Source of the DNA: Heteronotia binoei
Lineage: Eukaryota
Reading direction: 5' to 3'
DNA length: 64,000 nucleotides
Assembly (NCBI RefSeq): GCF_032191835.1
Contig: NC_083237.1
Span: 41,850,001 to 41,914,000, forward strand
Numbering within the stretch: position 1 is the stretch's first letter; the number at the start of each line of letters is the position of its first letter. Shown here in pieces: positions 50,936-60,047 of the stretch. The notes below the pieces were generated by a model that saw only the letters and a program-made list of their open reading frames with translations, had not been told where the DNA came from and searched no databases. The translations under genes and the position numbers were made by a program.

Positions 50936-51715
50936 ATGGCTGCCAACTTCCAGGTGTTTATTTATTTATTTATTACACTTGTATCCCACCCTCCCCAAAC
51001 GCACTCAGGGCAGCTAACAACAGTCACAATTTGATGACAGATTCACATTATAACGATAAAACATTATTAAAACATTAAAATATTAAAACAGTTGAATACA
51101 GTTCAGATGGCATTCTATCTGTTTTGAATTAATTTGGGATGATATTGTGGGGTAGATAGTACCCACCCCCATAGATGTTAAAAGTACCTCCATTTAGTTA
51201 TTAAAAGCCTGCCTGAACAGATACGTCTTACAGGCCCTGTGGAATTGTGATAAATCCCGCAGGACCCTAATCTCCTCAATGGAGGGCATTCCAGAGGGCA
51301 GGTGCAGTCATGGAGATGGCTCTTGCCCTTGTAGTGATCAAACGGGCATCCTTTAGCTTGGGGATCTTTAACAGATTTAACGAGCTTGATCATAGTGCTC
51401 TCTGGGGCTTGTTGTTACGGGACAATGTACTATTTATTTCTGATTGTTGATATGCCAATAAAGGTCTATGAATTAATTAATTAATTAATTAATTAAAGAA
51501 CTTCCAGGTGGTGGCTGGAGATCTCCTGGGATTACACTTCATCTCCAGCAAATAGCAATTAGTTAATCTGGAGAAAATGGTTCTTTTGGGAGATGGACAC
51601 TATGATATTATACCTCATTGAATTTTCTCCCCTTCTCAAAACCTGCCTTCCTCAGGCTCCATCCCCTAAATCTCTAGATATTTCCCAATCTGGAATGAAT
51701 CATCACTGACTCTAA
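50936..51715 (+). mobile_element. hAT-type MITE interrupted by a composite retroposed insert (50957-51498)
   Basis: ggctgccaacttccaggtg...gtggctggagatctcc, 12-bp duplication AACTTCCAGGTG at 50945-50956 and 51499-51510. Confidence 0.75.
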
Positions 51716-52334
51716 TTTCTTCAGACCCTAAACCTGATCTAAGATAGCATCACCTTCTTACCCTTATGCTGCTGTTTTACAAAGAGTAGTTCCGCAATAT
51801 ATGCTACCCTAATTTCTGTAGCACTGAAGCAACCTAATTCAAGAAAATAATAGTTCCATCCTTAACAGTTACACTTTTTAAACTCACTACATCCAATCCA
51901 TTTAGAAGAATATAACTCTGCTTAGGATGGTATTGTATTGAAAGTGTGTTCATGTTCATTGTGGACTGCATGAAAACACTTAACTTCCTGGATTTTTTGA
52001 AGAGTACTACTATCCAGTTACCTGAAAATACTTCTGCTGTTTGTAGAAGTGCTATTTCTCTTGGTTTTTATTGCTAACGTTGTCCCTCAATCCCACTATT
52101 TGTCCCTCTGTTTGTGTGGGTCAATGCAGAGTGGGGTGTGTGTGTGAGAGAGAGAGGGCTCCAATTTTATAAATAATGAGGAAAAAACTTTACTTGAACT
52201 TACAAATTGCATGCAACAAAGAAGAAGTGGAAAAATCAAGCAAGGACATGAGCTATTAGTGACAAGTCAACAAAGTTACACAACTGTAAGAAAAATAGTT
52301 TTATCTCCACACATTTCTTAAAGAACAGAAGGTT

Positions 52335-53383
52335 GTTATACCTCATATTTCTCTATTTTAAGAAGTCTCAGAGCAGCTTACAATCTTTACATTCCCTTCC
52401 TCTTCCCACAACAGGCACCTTATGAGGTAGTTGGGACTGAGACAGTTCTGAGAGAAATATGACTGGCCCAAGGTCACTCAGCTGGCTTCATGCAGAAGAT
52501 AGGCTTCCCAATCCCCCCGCTTTTCCGGGAGGCTCCTGGGTTCCCAGCTTCATCCCCCGGTCTCCAGAAATCAGGAAGCGGGGGGGTGGGGGGGTGGAGG
52601 GGGGGGGAGAACATACCTGAAGCGTTCATGTTGGTGTAGAGCTCCTGAGTCCTGAGCAGTTTGTAAAATTTCTGCCCCTTTAAGGCTGGGCAGGAAGGAG
52701 GAAACAGGAAGGGCTTCGGAGAACGGCCCCGCCCTTTCTTTGCTTTCGTTTTCAGAGCAGGCAGAGGGAAGAAGACCAAGTGCGGTAAGTGTTTGTTTGT
52801 GTGTGTGAGAGAGGGAGGGGGCAGGGAGGGGGGAATTCCCTGGTATGGAGGCCCTCCCCCTTCCTTTAGAAAGCGTGCGGGGGGAGGGAAATGTCTACTA
52901 GGCACTCTATTATTCCCTATGGAGAACAATTCCCATAGGGAATAATAGGGAATTGATCCGTGGGTATTGAGGGCTCTGGGGGGGCTATTTTTTGAGGTAG
53001 AGGCACCAAATTTTTAGTATAGCATCTAGTGCCTCTCCCCAAAATACCCCCCAAGTTTCAAAACGATTGGACCAGAGGGTCCAATTCTATGAGCCCCAAA
53101 AGATGGTGCCCCTATCCTTAATTATTTCCTATGGAAGAAAGGCATTTAAAAAGGTGAGCTGTCCCTTTAAATGTGATGGCCAGAACTCCCTTGGAGTTCA
53201 ATTATGCTTGTCACATCCTTGTTCCTGGCTCCACCCCCAAGGTCTCCTGGCTCCACCCCCAAAGTCTCCTGGCTCCGCCCCCAAAGTCCCCAGATTTTTC
53301 TTTAATTGGACTTGGCAACCCTAGCAGAAGAGTAGAAAATCAAATCTGGTTCTCCAGTCCACTGCTTTTACTACACCAAACTG
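52335..53383 (-). mobile_element. Squam3/MIR-like SINE split by a hAT element
   Basis: ccacaacaggcaccttatgaggtag...caaggtcactcagctggcttcatgcagaaga | gtagaaaatcaaatctggttctccag...ctacaccaaactg. Confidence 0.75.
52500..53323. mobile_element. Non-autonomous hAT element (824 bp) with perfect 8-bp TSD
   Basis: TIRs TAGGCTTCCCAA/TTGGCAACCCTA, GCAGAAGA at 52492-52499 and 53324-53331, subterminal 22-bp unit x3 at 53224-53289. Confidence 0.9.
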
Positions 53384-53593
53384 AAATGATGGTGCAGTAG
53401 GAAGGCCAATAAACTCAATATTTCAAAATTAATTCCCAGTCACCTGATGGTTGAAATCTAGATATAATTTGGCTTCCATTTGGAATTCATTAACTCGCGT
53501 CAACATTATATCCACCATCTTTTTTTTTAATTAAAACTAGAGAGACAACATTAAGTACCATGGTCCTCTTCCCCTTTCTTTCTCTCAACAACC

Positions 53594-54538
53594 CTATGAG
53601 GTACAATCAGGCTGACACGTTCCAAACAATTTTCTCAAGGAAACCTTCACTTCTGTGTTTCTCAGGTTATAGATGATGGGATTAAGCATAGGAATCAAAA
53701 TGGTGTAGAACAAGGAAAGCAATTTATTCACAATTAATGTCTCTTTTGACCTGGAACTTACATAGACAATAGTTGCTGACCCATAGAAAAGGGATACCAC
53801 AATAAGGTGTGAAGAACATGTAGCAAACAGTTTCTTCCAACCTTCAACTGAAGGCATCTTCAGAATTACAAAGATTATTTTGACATAAGAAGCAAAGATA
53901 GGACAAAAAGGGAGGACTAGGATTAATGCAGAGGCTGCAGCCATGTAAACTTCACTTGCAAAGGTATCTGCACAGGCCAGCTCCAGCACAGGTGGTATAT
54001 CACAGAAGAAGTTGTTAATTTCACAAGTGCTACAATAGAGCAAGGTAAACAGGAGGTATATCTGTCCTATATAGACAGGCATGTTGATGATCAATGCCCC
54101 TGTAACAAGTCCTAAACAGAGTTCTTTGCACATTATGAGTTTATAATGCAGGGGGTTACATATGGCCACATATCGGTCATAGGCCATGGTGGCCAGAAGG
54201 AAACACTCAGTGCCTCTGAGAAAAAGTACAAAGTAGATCTGAGCAGTCCAGCCAACAAATGAGATTGTCTTGTTTTGTGCCACAAAACTGACCAGTATTT
54301 TTGGAAGGGTGACTGAGGTGTAGAAGATCTCCAGGAAGGCCAGGCTCTTCAAAAAGAAATACATTGGAGTATCAAGGGAAGGATTAGTCACAATAATGTA
54401 AATGATAAGTACATTTCCTGTTATGATGGTCATGTAGATCAAGAGGAACACCACAAACAGCAACACCTGCAGAATTGGAAGTTCAGAATATCCAACAAAA
54501 ATGAAGTCAGATAATGCAGTATGATTCTCTTTTATCAT
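53594..54538 (-). CDS. Olfactory receptor, full-length 314 aa, possibly non-functional (C97W, Arg in TM3, foreign C-terminus)
   Basis: LDTPMYFFL, FVGW in place of FVGC, MAYDRYVAIC, FFCD, FATCSSH, PMLNPIIYNLRN. Confidence 0.85.
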   Translation of the reverse strand: MIKENHTALSDFIFVGYSELPILQVLLFVVFLLIYMTIITGNVLIIYIIVTNPSLDTPMYFFLKSLAFLEIFYTSVTLPKILVSFVAQNKTISFVGWTAQIYFVLFLRGTECFLLATMAYDRYVAICNPLHYKLIMCKELCLGLVTGALIINMPVYIGQIYLLFTLLYCSTCEINNFFCDIPPVLELACADTFASEVYMAAASALILVLPFCPIFASYVKIIFVILKMPSVEGWKKLFATCSSHLIVVSLFYGSATIVYVSSRSKETLIVNKLLSLFYTILIPMLNPIIYNLRNTEVKVSLRKLFGTCQPDCTS

Positions 54539-55363
54539 TTTTTTTTTGCTTGCAGCTGGTTTAGAACAATGACATTGGTAATTGATATCTAATTTCTATT
54601 ACCTTGGGTCATCAAAACAATTATTAACATAGTCCTATGGTGAGCTACACCCACCAAGCCTTTTAATTTCAAGGTAGAAGGGGTTTGATTCTGCTTAGAC
54701 TTTCATAGTATATATTAGATCCAGTCAGCATTTTTTTCTCCATCTCACAAAACTCTTCTCTTTACTGCAGCCCACAATTACAGATAGCTTTTGACCATAG
54801 AGGTTCCATGGTCTACTTGCATAGGCACATTGAGTCATCTGGAGACTTCACTTGCCTTTTCTCCTGCAAAAATGCTGCTGGGGTCAATCTTAAATCTCTG
54901 CATGCTCACATTCAGTGTCCATGGATTCCCACATTAACCTATATCAAACTATTTATACTAATCTATCTTTAATTATGTAAATACAAAACTGACTTTCAAC
55001 ACTTAAGGAAATCCATAAAGTGCATATGTAATTATTTACGGCACATGGAAAATGAGTATCCAAAAATCACCAATGTACCCACCTGGAGTACATTAATATA
55101 ATTTGAATGACCTTTTGACTCGTTATGACTAAAAATGACATATAAAGTATGGCACTAGAATTTTGCTAAAACAAATATAAGTTCTTTTAGATTACTTCTG
55201 CATACCAATGCATGATGTAAACATTTTGCTCTTTTTTAAAAAAAAATGCGGCGCCATGGAATGTTTAGTCCATTCTCTGAGACAGTTTTAATAAGCATAT
55301 TCCATGAATCGAATAAACATTTGTATAGTGGGGCTGCAGAAAGTGGGTAGGTGCTAATAGGCT

Positions 55364-55407
55364 AAAAGGCCCTAGCAAGAATGTTTAAAAGGAATATATT
55401 GTCCTTG
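55364..55407 (+). pseudogene. Vestige of the last ~14 codons of an OR paralogous to 46026-46952
   Basis: aaaaggccctagcaagaatgtttaaaaggaatatattgtccttg matches the OR4 3' end, with no upstream ORF homology visible. Confidence 0.7.
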
Positions 55408-55456
55408 GATATTGTTTTAATATAGGGGTCAAATATGTCAGACTGGTAAGTGTATT

Positions 55457-55870
55457 GCCCCCCCATTCGGAATAAAGAGACATACAACAAGTTGGGATGA
55501 AGGGCCACTTTATTGAATTTATGGCAATGGGGAAAAAACCTGGGGCCAGGCTGAGCCAGGGGTCAACACCAAGACCACCTCCCCAACCTGAAACAGGGCG
55601 AGCCACAGGCCCCGGGATTGAGCCGACCCAACGGCTCAAAACCGGCCGGCCAGGCACCAGATCCAGTCCGCACGAGCTCCACCCTCCCCGTGCCGTACAG
55701 CCTGGGCTGTGGACCACTCCCTAATGACTGGATCACCAGGCTTCCCTGGAGCCAACCTTGCGCCGTACAGCATAGGTTCCCCAGGTAGGCCCTGCACCCC
55801 CAAAGGTGCGTTGCCATGTGCGCTCACCGAAATGCCCCGAATAGAACATGTCCCCAAGGGTAAACCTGCC
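55457..55870 (-). repeat. B2 repeat (414 bp), 3' terminus of the element
   Basis: No difference found versus 56210-56623. Minus-strand AATAAA at 55514-55509. Confidence 0.93.
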
Positions 55871-56039
55871 CGTGACCGCCTATGAACAGCACCGCCAAAA
55901 CCAATTGCCAACACACCTCCAGCAGTGTAAGGTAGGCGAAAACACTTCCAAACCGGCCAATCATTTGGAAGCGAAAAATTCCTACCTGGCCCCGTAATGG
56001 CGACCAGCCTGTGCCTACACTGCATAAAGGGCGGGCGGG

Positions 56040-56206
56040 CCGAACAAACCTAAAACTAACTGCGCCACAAGGGGATGGGCCAGCCAATATAAGGCTGCCC
56101 GCCCCCATGCAGCAGGAGTAAACCATTGTCTCCCATCCTGCAGGGGAGGCAATGGACGGCCCCCAGCCTAAGGCGACCGATGGGTCGCTCGGCTGGGAAG
56201 TGCCGA
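56040..56206 (-). repeat. A2 repeat (167 bp)
   Basis: No difference found versus 62023-62189. Confidence 0.93.
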
Positions 56207-56209
56207 ATT

Positions 56210-56623
56210 GCCCCCCCATTCGGAATAAAGAGACATACAACAAGTTGGGATGAAGGGCCACTTTATTGAATTTATGGCAATGGGGAAAAAACCTGGGGCC
56301 AGGCTGAGCCAGGGGTCAACACCAAGACCACCTCCCCAACCTGAAACAGGGCGAGCCACAGGCCCCGGGATTGAGCCGACCCAACGGCTCAAAACCGGCC
56401 GGCCAGGCACCAGATCCAGTCCGCACGAGCTCCACCCTCCCCGTGCCGTACAGCCTGGGCTGTGGACCACTCCCTAATGACTGGATCACCAGGCTTCCCT
56501 GGAGCCAACCTTGCGCCGTACAGCATAGGTTCCCCAGGTAGGCCCTGCACCCCCAAAGGTGCGTTGCCATGTGCGCTCACCGAAATGCCCCGAATAGAAC
56601 ATGTCCCCAAGGGTAAACCTGCC
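56210..56623 (-). repeat. B1 repeat (414 bp)
   Basis: Copy of 55457-55870, joined to A2 through ATT at 56207-56209. Confidence 0.93.
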
Positions 56624-56645
56624 AAGGACAGCGCCAAGCCTCTGC

Positions 56646-57239
56646 TTAGGCGACTGACCCCCCACAAGACAGGACATGCTCTAACCCATGCCTAAGGTCG
56701 GCCAAAAAGACCTCATTGCCCTTCCTTGATAAGTGGACACCATCAGGCCTGTACAGTTCTGCCCGTTTGGCCCGAATGGATGGATGCGGAACATACTTTC
56801 CCAGACCCGCCTCCATGGCGATAAACAAGGCTCTGTTAGCCTTCATCCTTGCCCGCTCCAAGCCCTCGGGGTCCCAAGCCGCCCGCCACACCCGGCGCGG
56901 CAACATGGCCGACCACAGGACGAGGACGCCAGGCCACCTGCGCTTTATCAAGGTGATGTCATCACGGGCCTGAATTGACAGGGCCTTACCCTTGACTAGG
57001 CCCAGATCATTCTCACCCAAGTGAATCACCAAGATATGTGGGGGCAGGCCCCTCCTCTCCTTAAACAAAAGTGAGAGGAGTCCTGCCCACCTCATTCCAC
57101 GCCGGCCCTGCCACTCAATCGTGGCCTGCTCACTCAGGCCCAACTGAGATCCTCCTGGCATCCGACGTGCCTGATGTGCCGCCCAGAAGACAATACTGTG
57201 GCCGCAAATGAGGATCCTCCTCCTTCCCTGGCCAGCCAC
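56646..57239 (-). CDS. SGNH/GDSL hydrolase (esterase) domain ORF of the Ngaro element, no 5' AUG
   Basis: Block I ILICGHS, block II GMRW, block III HLGENDL, block V PDGVHLS. The track start is GTG. Confidence 0.88.
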   Translation of the reverse strand: MAGQGRRRILICGHSIVFWAAHQARRMPGGSQLGLSEQATIEWQGRRGMRWAGLLSLLFKERRGLPPHILVIHLGENDLGLVKGKALSIQARDDITLIKRRWPGVLVLWSAMLPRRVWRAAWDPEGLERARMKANRALFIAMEAGLGKYVPHPSIRAKRAELYRPDGVHLSRKGNEVFLADLRHGLEHVLSCGGSVA

Positions 57240-57306
57240 AGCACCTAAGAAGAAACGGTAAATATAATAACATTAATAACAACATAACTAATAACGCATT
57301 GCGTGC

Positions 57307-58248
57307 TTACGGCACCAGGGGGCGAATGTAAGACCTGAAGGCCCGGGACCTCCAACGGCCCACCCGGCGAATAGCATCGCCTCCATATCCCATAGCCGCG
57401 GCTGTGGAAGCCGCACCTATGCGGAAGGAGTGGGTACCAAACCTAACCCCACCAAGTCCCAACTTGTTTAACGCCCGGGAAGTGACGGCCCAAAACTGGA
57501 ACCGGGAAAGAGGGGAGCAGTCTTCATGGCAGAATAGCAAGCCGTTAGACTTACCACGCATGTCCAAATATAACTCCAAAGCCCGCACCGGGCATAACTC
57601 TTCCTCCGTACAAGGGCCCAGGGTGATCACACTCCCCCTCTGTTTCTGATCAGTTTTGGACCTGCGGACCCGGATGACAGCCTGTCCCCCAACCAAGCTG
57701 ACGTCATCCAGCATCAGGGCCCTACCGGACTCGTCGTTACGCGAGCAGGCCACCAACTCTGAGACCCGCAATGCCCCAAAAAATGCAGTTAACGCCGCTG
57801 CATGAAAGAGTGCCTGCTCGAAACTGGACCCACAAACTACTGCCCATGTGGAATGAAGACCCCGCAAGATAGATGGGGATATTGGGACCCTGGTGTCAAC
57901 CTGACGTCCCGCCTCGCGGGCCCATCCTTCCAACATTTTGGCAATGCGGAAGTCCTTAGTAAACTCTGGGAACCCCTTGGATCTGCTGGCGAAGGCCAAG
58001 CCCGCCAGTTGGCCCCTGATAGACTTAACGGACAGGCCACGTTCCTTCTGAAACACGCAATATTGTAACAACTGCTCGACTGGGGCCGGCCAACATGCCT
58101 CAAGCCCGGCACCTGCTCTGAACATGGAAAACTGCTTAGCCGCACGGTCATATGCCCTCCTTGTACTGGGTGCAACCGAGAGTTGAATGGCCCGTGTCAC
58201 TTCTTCCCTCCAATTCGCCACAGCTCCGCGGGCATTGGCACGGGACAA
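57307..58248 (-). CDS. Tyrosine recombinase
   Basis: APSTRRAY N-terminal helix and catalytic set FGALRVSEL (R), RSKTDQ (K), HSFRIG (H-x-x-R), GRW (W), SYIR (Y). The track start is TTG. Confidence 0.95.
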   Translation of the reverse strand: MSRANARGAVANWREEVTRAIQLSVAPSTRRAYDRAAKQFSMFRAGAGLEACWPAPVEQLLQYCVFQKERGLSVKSIRGQLAGLAFASRSKGFPEFTKDFRIAKMLEGWAREAGRQVDTRVPISPSILRGLHSTWAVVCGSSFEQALFHAAALTAFFGALRVSELVACSRNDESGRALMLDDVSLVGGQAVIRVRRSKTDQKQRGSVITLGPCTEEELCPVRALELYLDMRGKSNGLLFCHEDCSPLSRFQFWAVTSRALNKLGLGGVRFGTHSFRIGAASTAAAMGYGGDAIRRVGRWRSRAFRSYIRPLVP

Positions 58249-60047
58249 CTGTCGGCCTCCGGGGCGAGTTGGCGGAACCGCTCCATCTGTTGGCGAGACA
58301 GGGCGTCCGCCACTCCGTTATTGGACCCCGGTACATGCCGGGCGGCAAAAAGCACATTCAGTTCAAGACAGCGCAAGGTAAAACGCCTAACCAAACCCAT
58401 AACGGGGGGGGACCTGGACGTAAGGTTATTGACAACATGCACAACAGCCATGTTGTCGCACCAAAAGTGCACCGTATGATTGGCCAAGTCCCTCCCCCAA
58501 ATAAAAACGGCTACAACAATCGGAAAAAACTCCAAAAATGCTAAGTTGCGGATCAAATCGGAGGAGCGCCATTCAGCCGGCCACGGTTCGGCGCACCACT
58601 GGCCCCGAAAATAGACTCCAAATCCGGTGGAGCCTGCAGCATCTGAAACAATCTGCAGTTCGGCCTCTAGCAACATGGCCTCCCGCCAAAAGGATGTCCC
58701 GTTGTAATGGCGGAGGAAAGACTCCCACACCTCCAAATCCTCACGCATACGCCGAGTTACGCGCGTGACATGGTGAGGCGAGCGCAACGCGGTCATGCCG
58801 TCGCAAAATTGCCTCAAAAAGGCTCGGCCGGGAGCAACCACCTTGCATGCAAAGTTCAAATGGCCGACTAGCTGTTGCAGTTCGACCAACGAGACTTTCT
58901 TCCTCCCCTTCAAGGCAGTGACCATTTCCCGCATATTGCGCAGCTTATCCGGGGGCAGTCGCGAAGCCTGCTGGATAGTGTCCAATTCTATACCTAAGAA
59001 AGTTAACACCGTCGCGGGGCCCTCAGTTTTCTCTGGTGCCAGAGGCACGCCCAGTTCCGCCGCAAGCCGCTCAAACGACCGCAACAAGTAAGCACATTGG
59101 CCAGAACCCGCGGGGCCCACAAACAAAAAATCATCAAGATAGTGCGCCGTGTCGCGCAAGCCCGTCCTAAACTGCAGTGCCCACTCCAGGAACGAACTAA
59201 AACGCTCAAAGGCGGAACAAGATACAGAACATCCCATCGGGAGGGCCCTGTCCATATAAAAACTACCCTCAAAACAAAACCCCAACAATTCAAAGTCCTC
59301 AGGGTGCACGGGCAGCAAACGAAAAGCCGACTTGATGTCACATTTGGCGACCTCCGCGCCAAGCCCACAATGCCGCACTATACGCACTGCCCGATCAAAG
59401 GAGGTGTACCTAACCGAGCAAAGCTCGTCGGGGATGGCATCATTAACCGACTGGCCCCTTGGATATGACAAATGATGTATCAGCCGGTACTCACCCCTTG
59501 CCTTCTTAGGTACCACCCCTAACGGGGAGACCCTCAAATTAGGCACTGGTGGCTCGGCGAAGGGGCCCAAAACCCGGCCCTCTGCGCACTCCTTCCGAAT
59601 CTTGTCCCGCACAACATGTTCTAACCCCTTAACAGACCTCAAATTAGAACACATGAAGGGGGTACGAGGACCTTGGTATGGAATCCGGAACCCAAATTCG
59701 AAACCTTCCAACAAATAACGCTTGTCCTCCAAACGTGGGTAATAGCGTAAAAACTCAGTGAGAACCGCTATCCTGATGGGGCTGGGCCCCTTTTCCAGGC
59801 GGCTGATTAGAGCCTCCGGGCCTCTTAAAACCCCCTCTCTGCTTGGACTTACTACATGCCGTGAAAGCATGAGGACCTCCGCACACCGGGCATTCGTGCC
59901 GGTACCTGCAAAACTTCCTAGAGCACGCCCCCTGGGAGGTAAACTCCCAACAGAGCAGCCGGGGTTGAACCGACTGCCCCGCGGGCACGCGGGTGCCGGC
60001 GGGATGACTGGATTTCTGGACGATGTGGCCGCTGTCCGATCTCTCAC
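58197..60047 (-). CDS. pol: Reverse transcriptase + RNase H (pol), first AUG at 59870
   Basis: SPLGVVPKK, YRLIHHLS, KCDIKSAFR, LPMG, HYLDDFL, TFLGIELD, VSDAAG, LAFLEF, CDNMAVV, ADALSR. No stops. Confidence 0.95.
   Translation of the reverse strand: MRDRTAATSSRNPVIPPAPACPRGSRFNPGCSVGSLPPRGRALGSFAGTGTNARCAEVLMLSRHVVSPSREGVLRGPEALISRLEKGPSPIRIAVLTEFLRYYPRLEDKRYLLEGFEFGFRIPYQGPRTPFMCSNLRSVKGLEHVVRDKIRKECAEGRVLGPFAEPPVPNLRVSPLGVVPKKARGEYRLIHHLSYPRGQSVNDAIPDELCSVRYTSFDRAVRIVRHCGLGAEVAKCDIKSAFRLLPVHPEDFELLGFCFEGSFYMDRALPMGCSVSCSAFERFSSFLEWALQFRTGLRDTAHYLDDFLFVGPAGSGQCAYLLRSFERLAAELGVPLAPEKTEGPATVLTFLGIELDTIQQASRLPPDKLRNMREMVTALKGRKKVSLVELQQLVGHLNFACKVVAPGRAFLRQFCDGMTALRSPHHVTRVTRRMREDLEVWESFLRHYNGTSFWREAMLLEAELQIVSDAAGSTGFGVYFRGQWCAEPWPAEWRSSDLIRNLAFLEFFPIVVAVFIWGRDLANHTVHFWCDNMAVVHVVNNLTSRSPPVMGLVRRFTLRCLELNVLFAARHVPGSNNGVADALSRQQMERFRQLAPEADSCPVPMPAELWRIGGKK

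Noticed and set aside
53224-53289. Three 22-bp direct repeats as a possible CRISPR array
   Set aside because: No spacers, eukaryotic context, and they are subterminal repeats of a hAT element
59825-59836. G-GGU-UUU slippery heptamer as a gag-pol -1 frameshift
   Set aside because: pol is in the +1 frame relative to gag, so a -1 shift does not reach it
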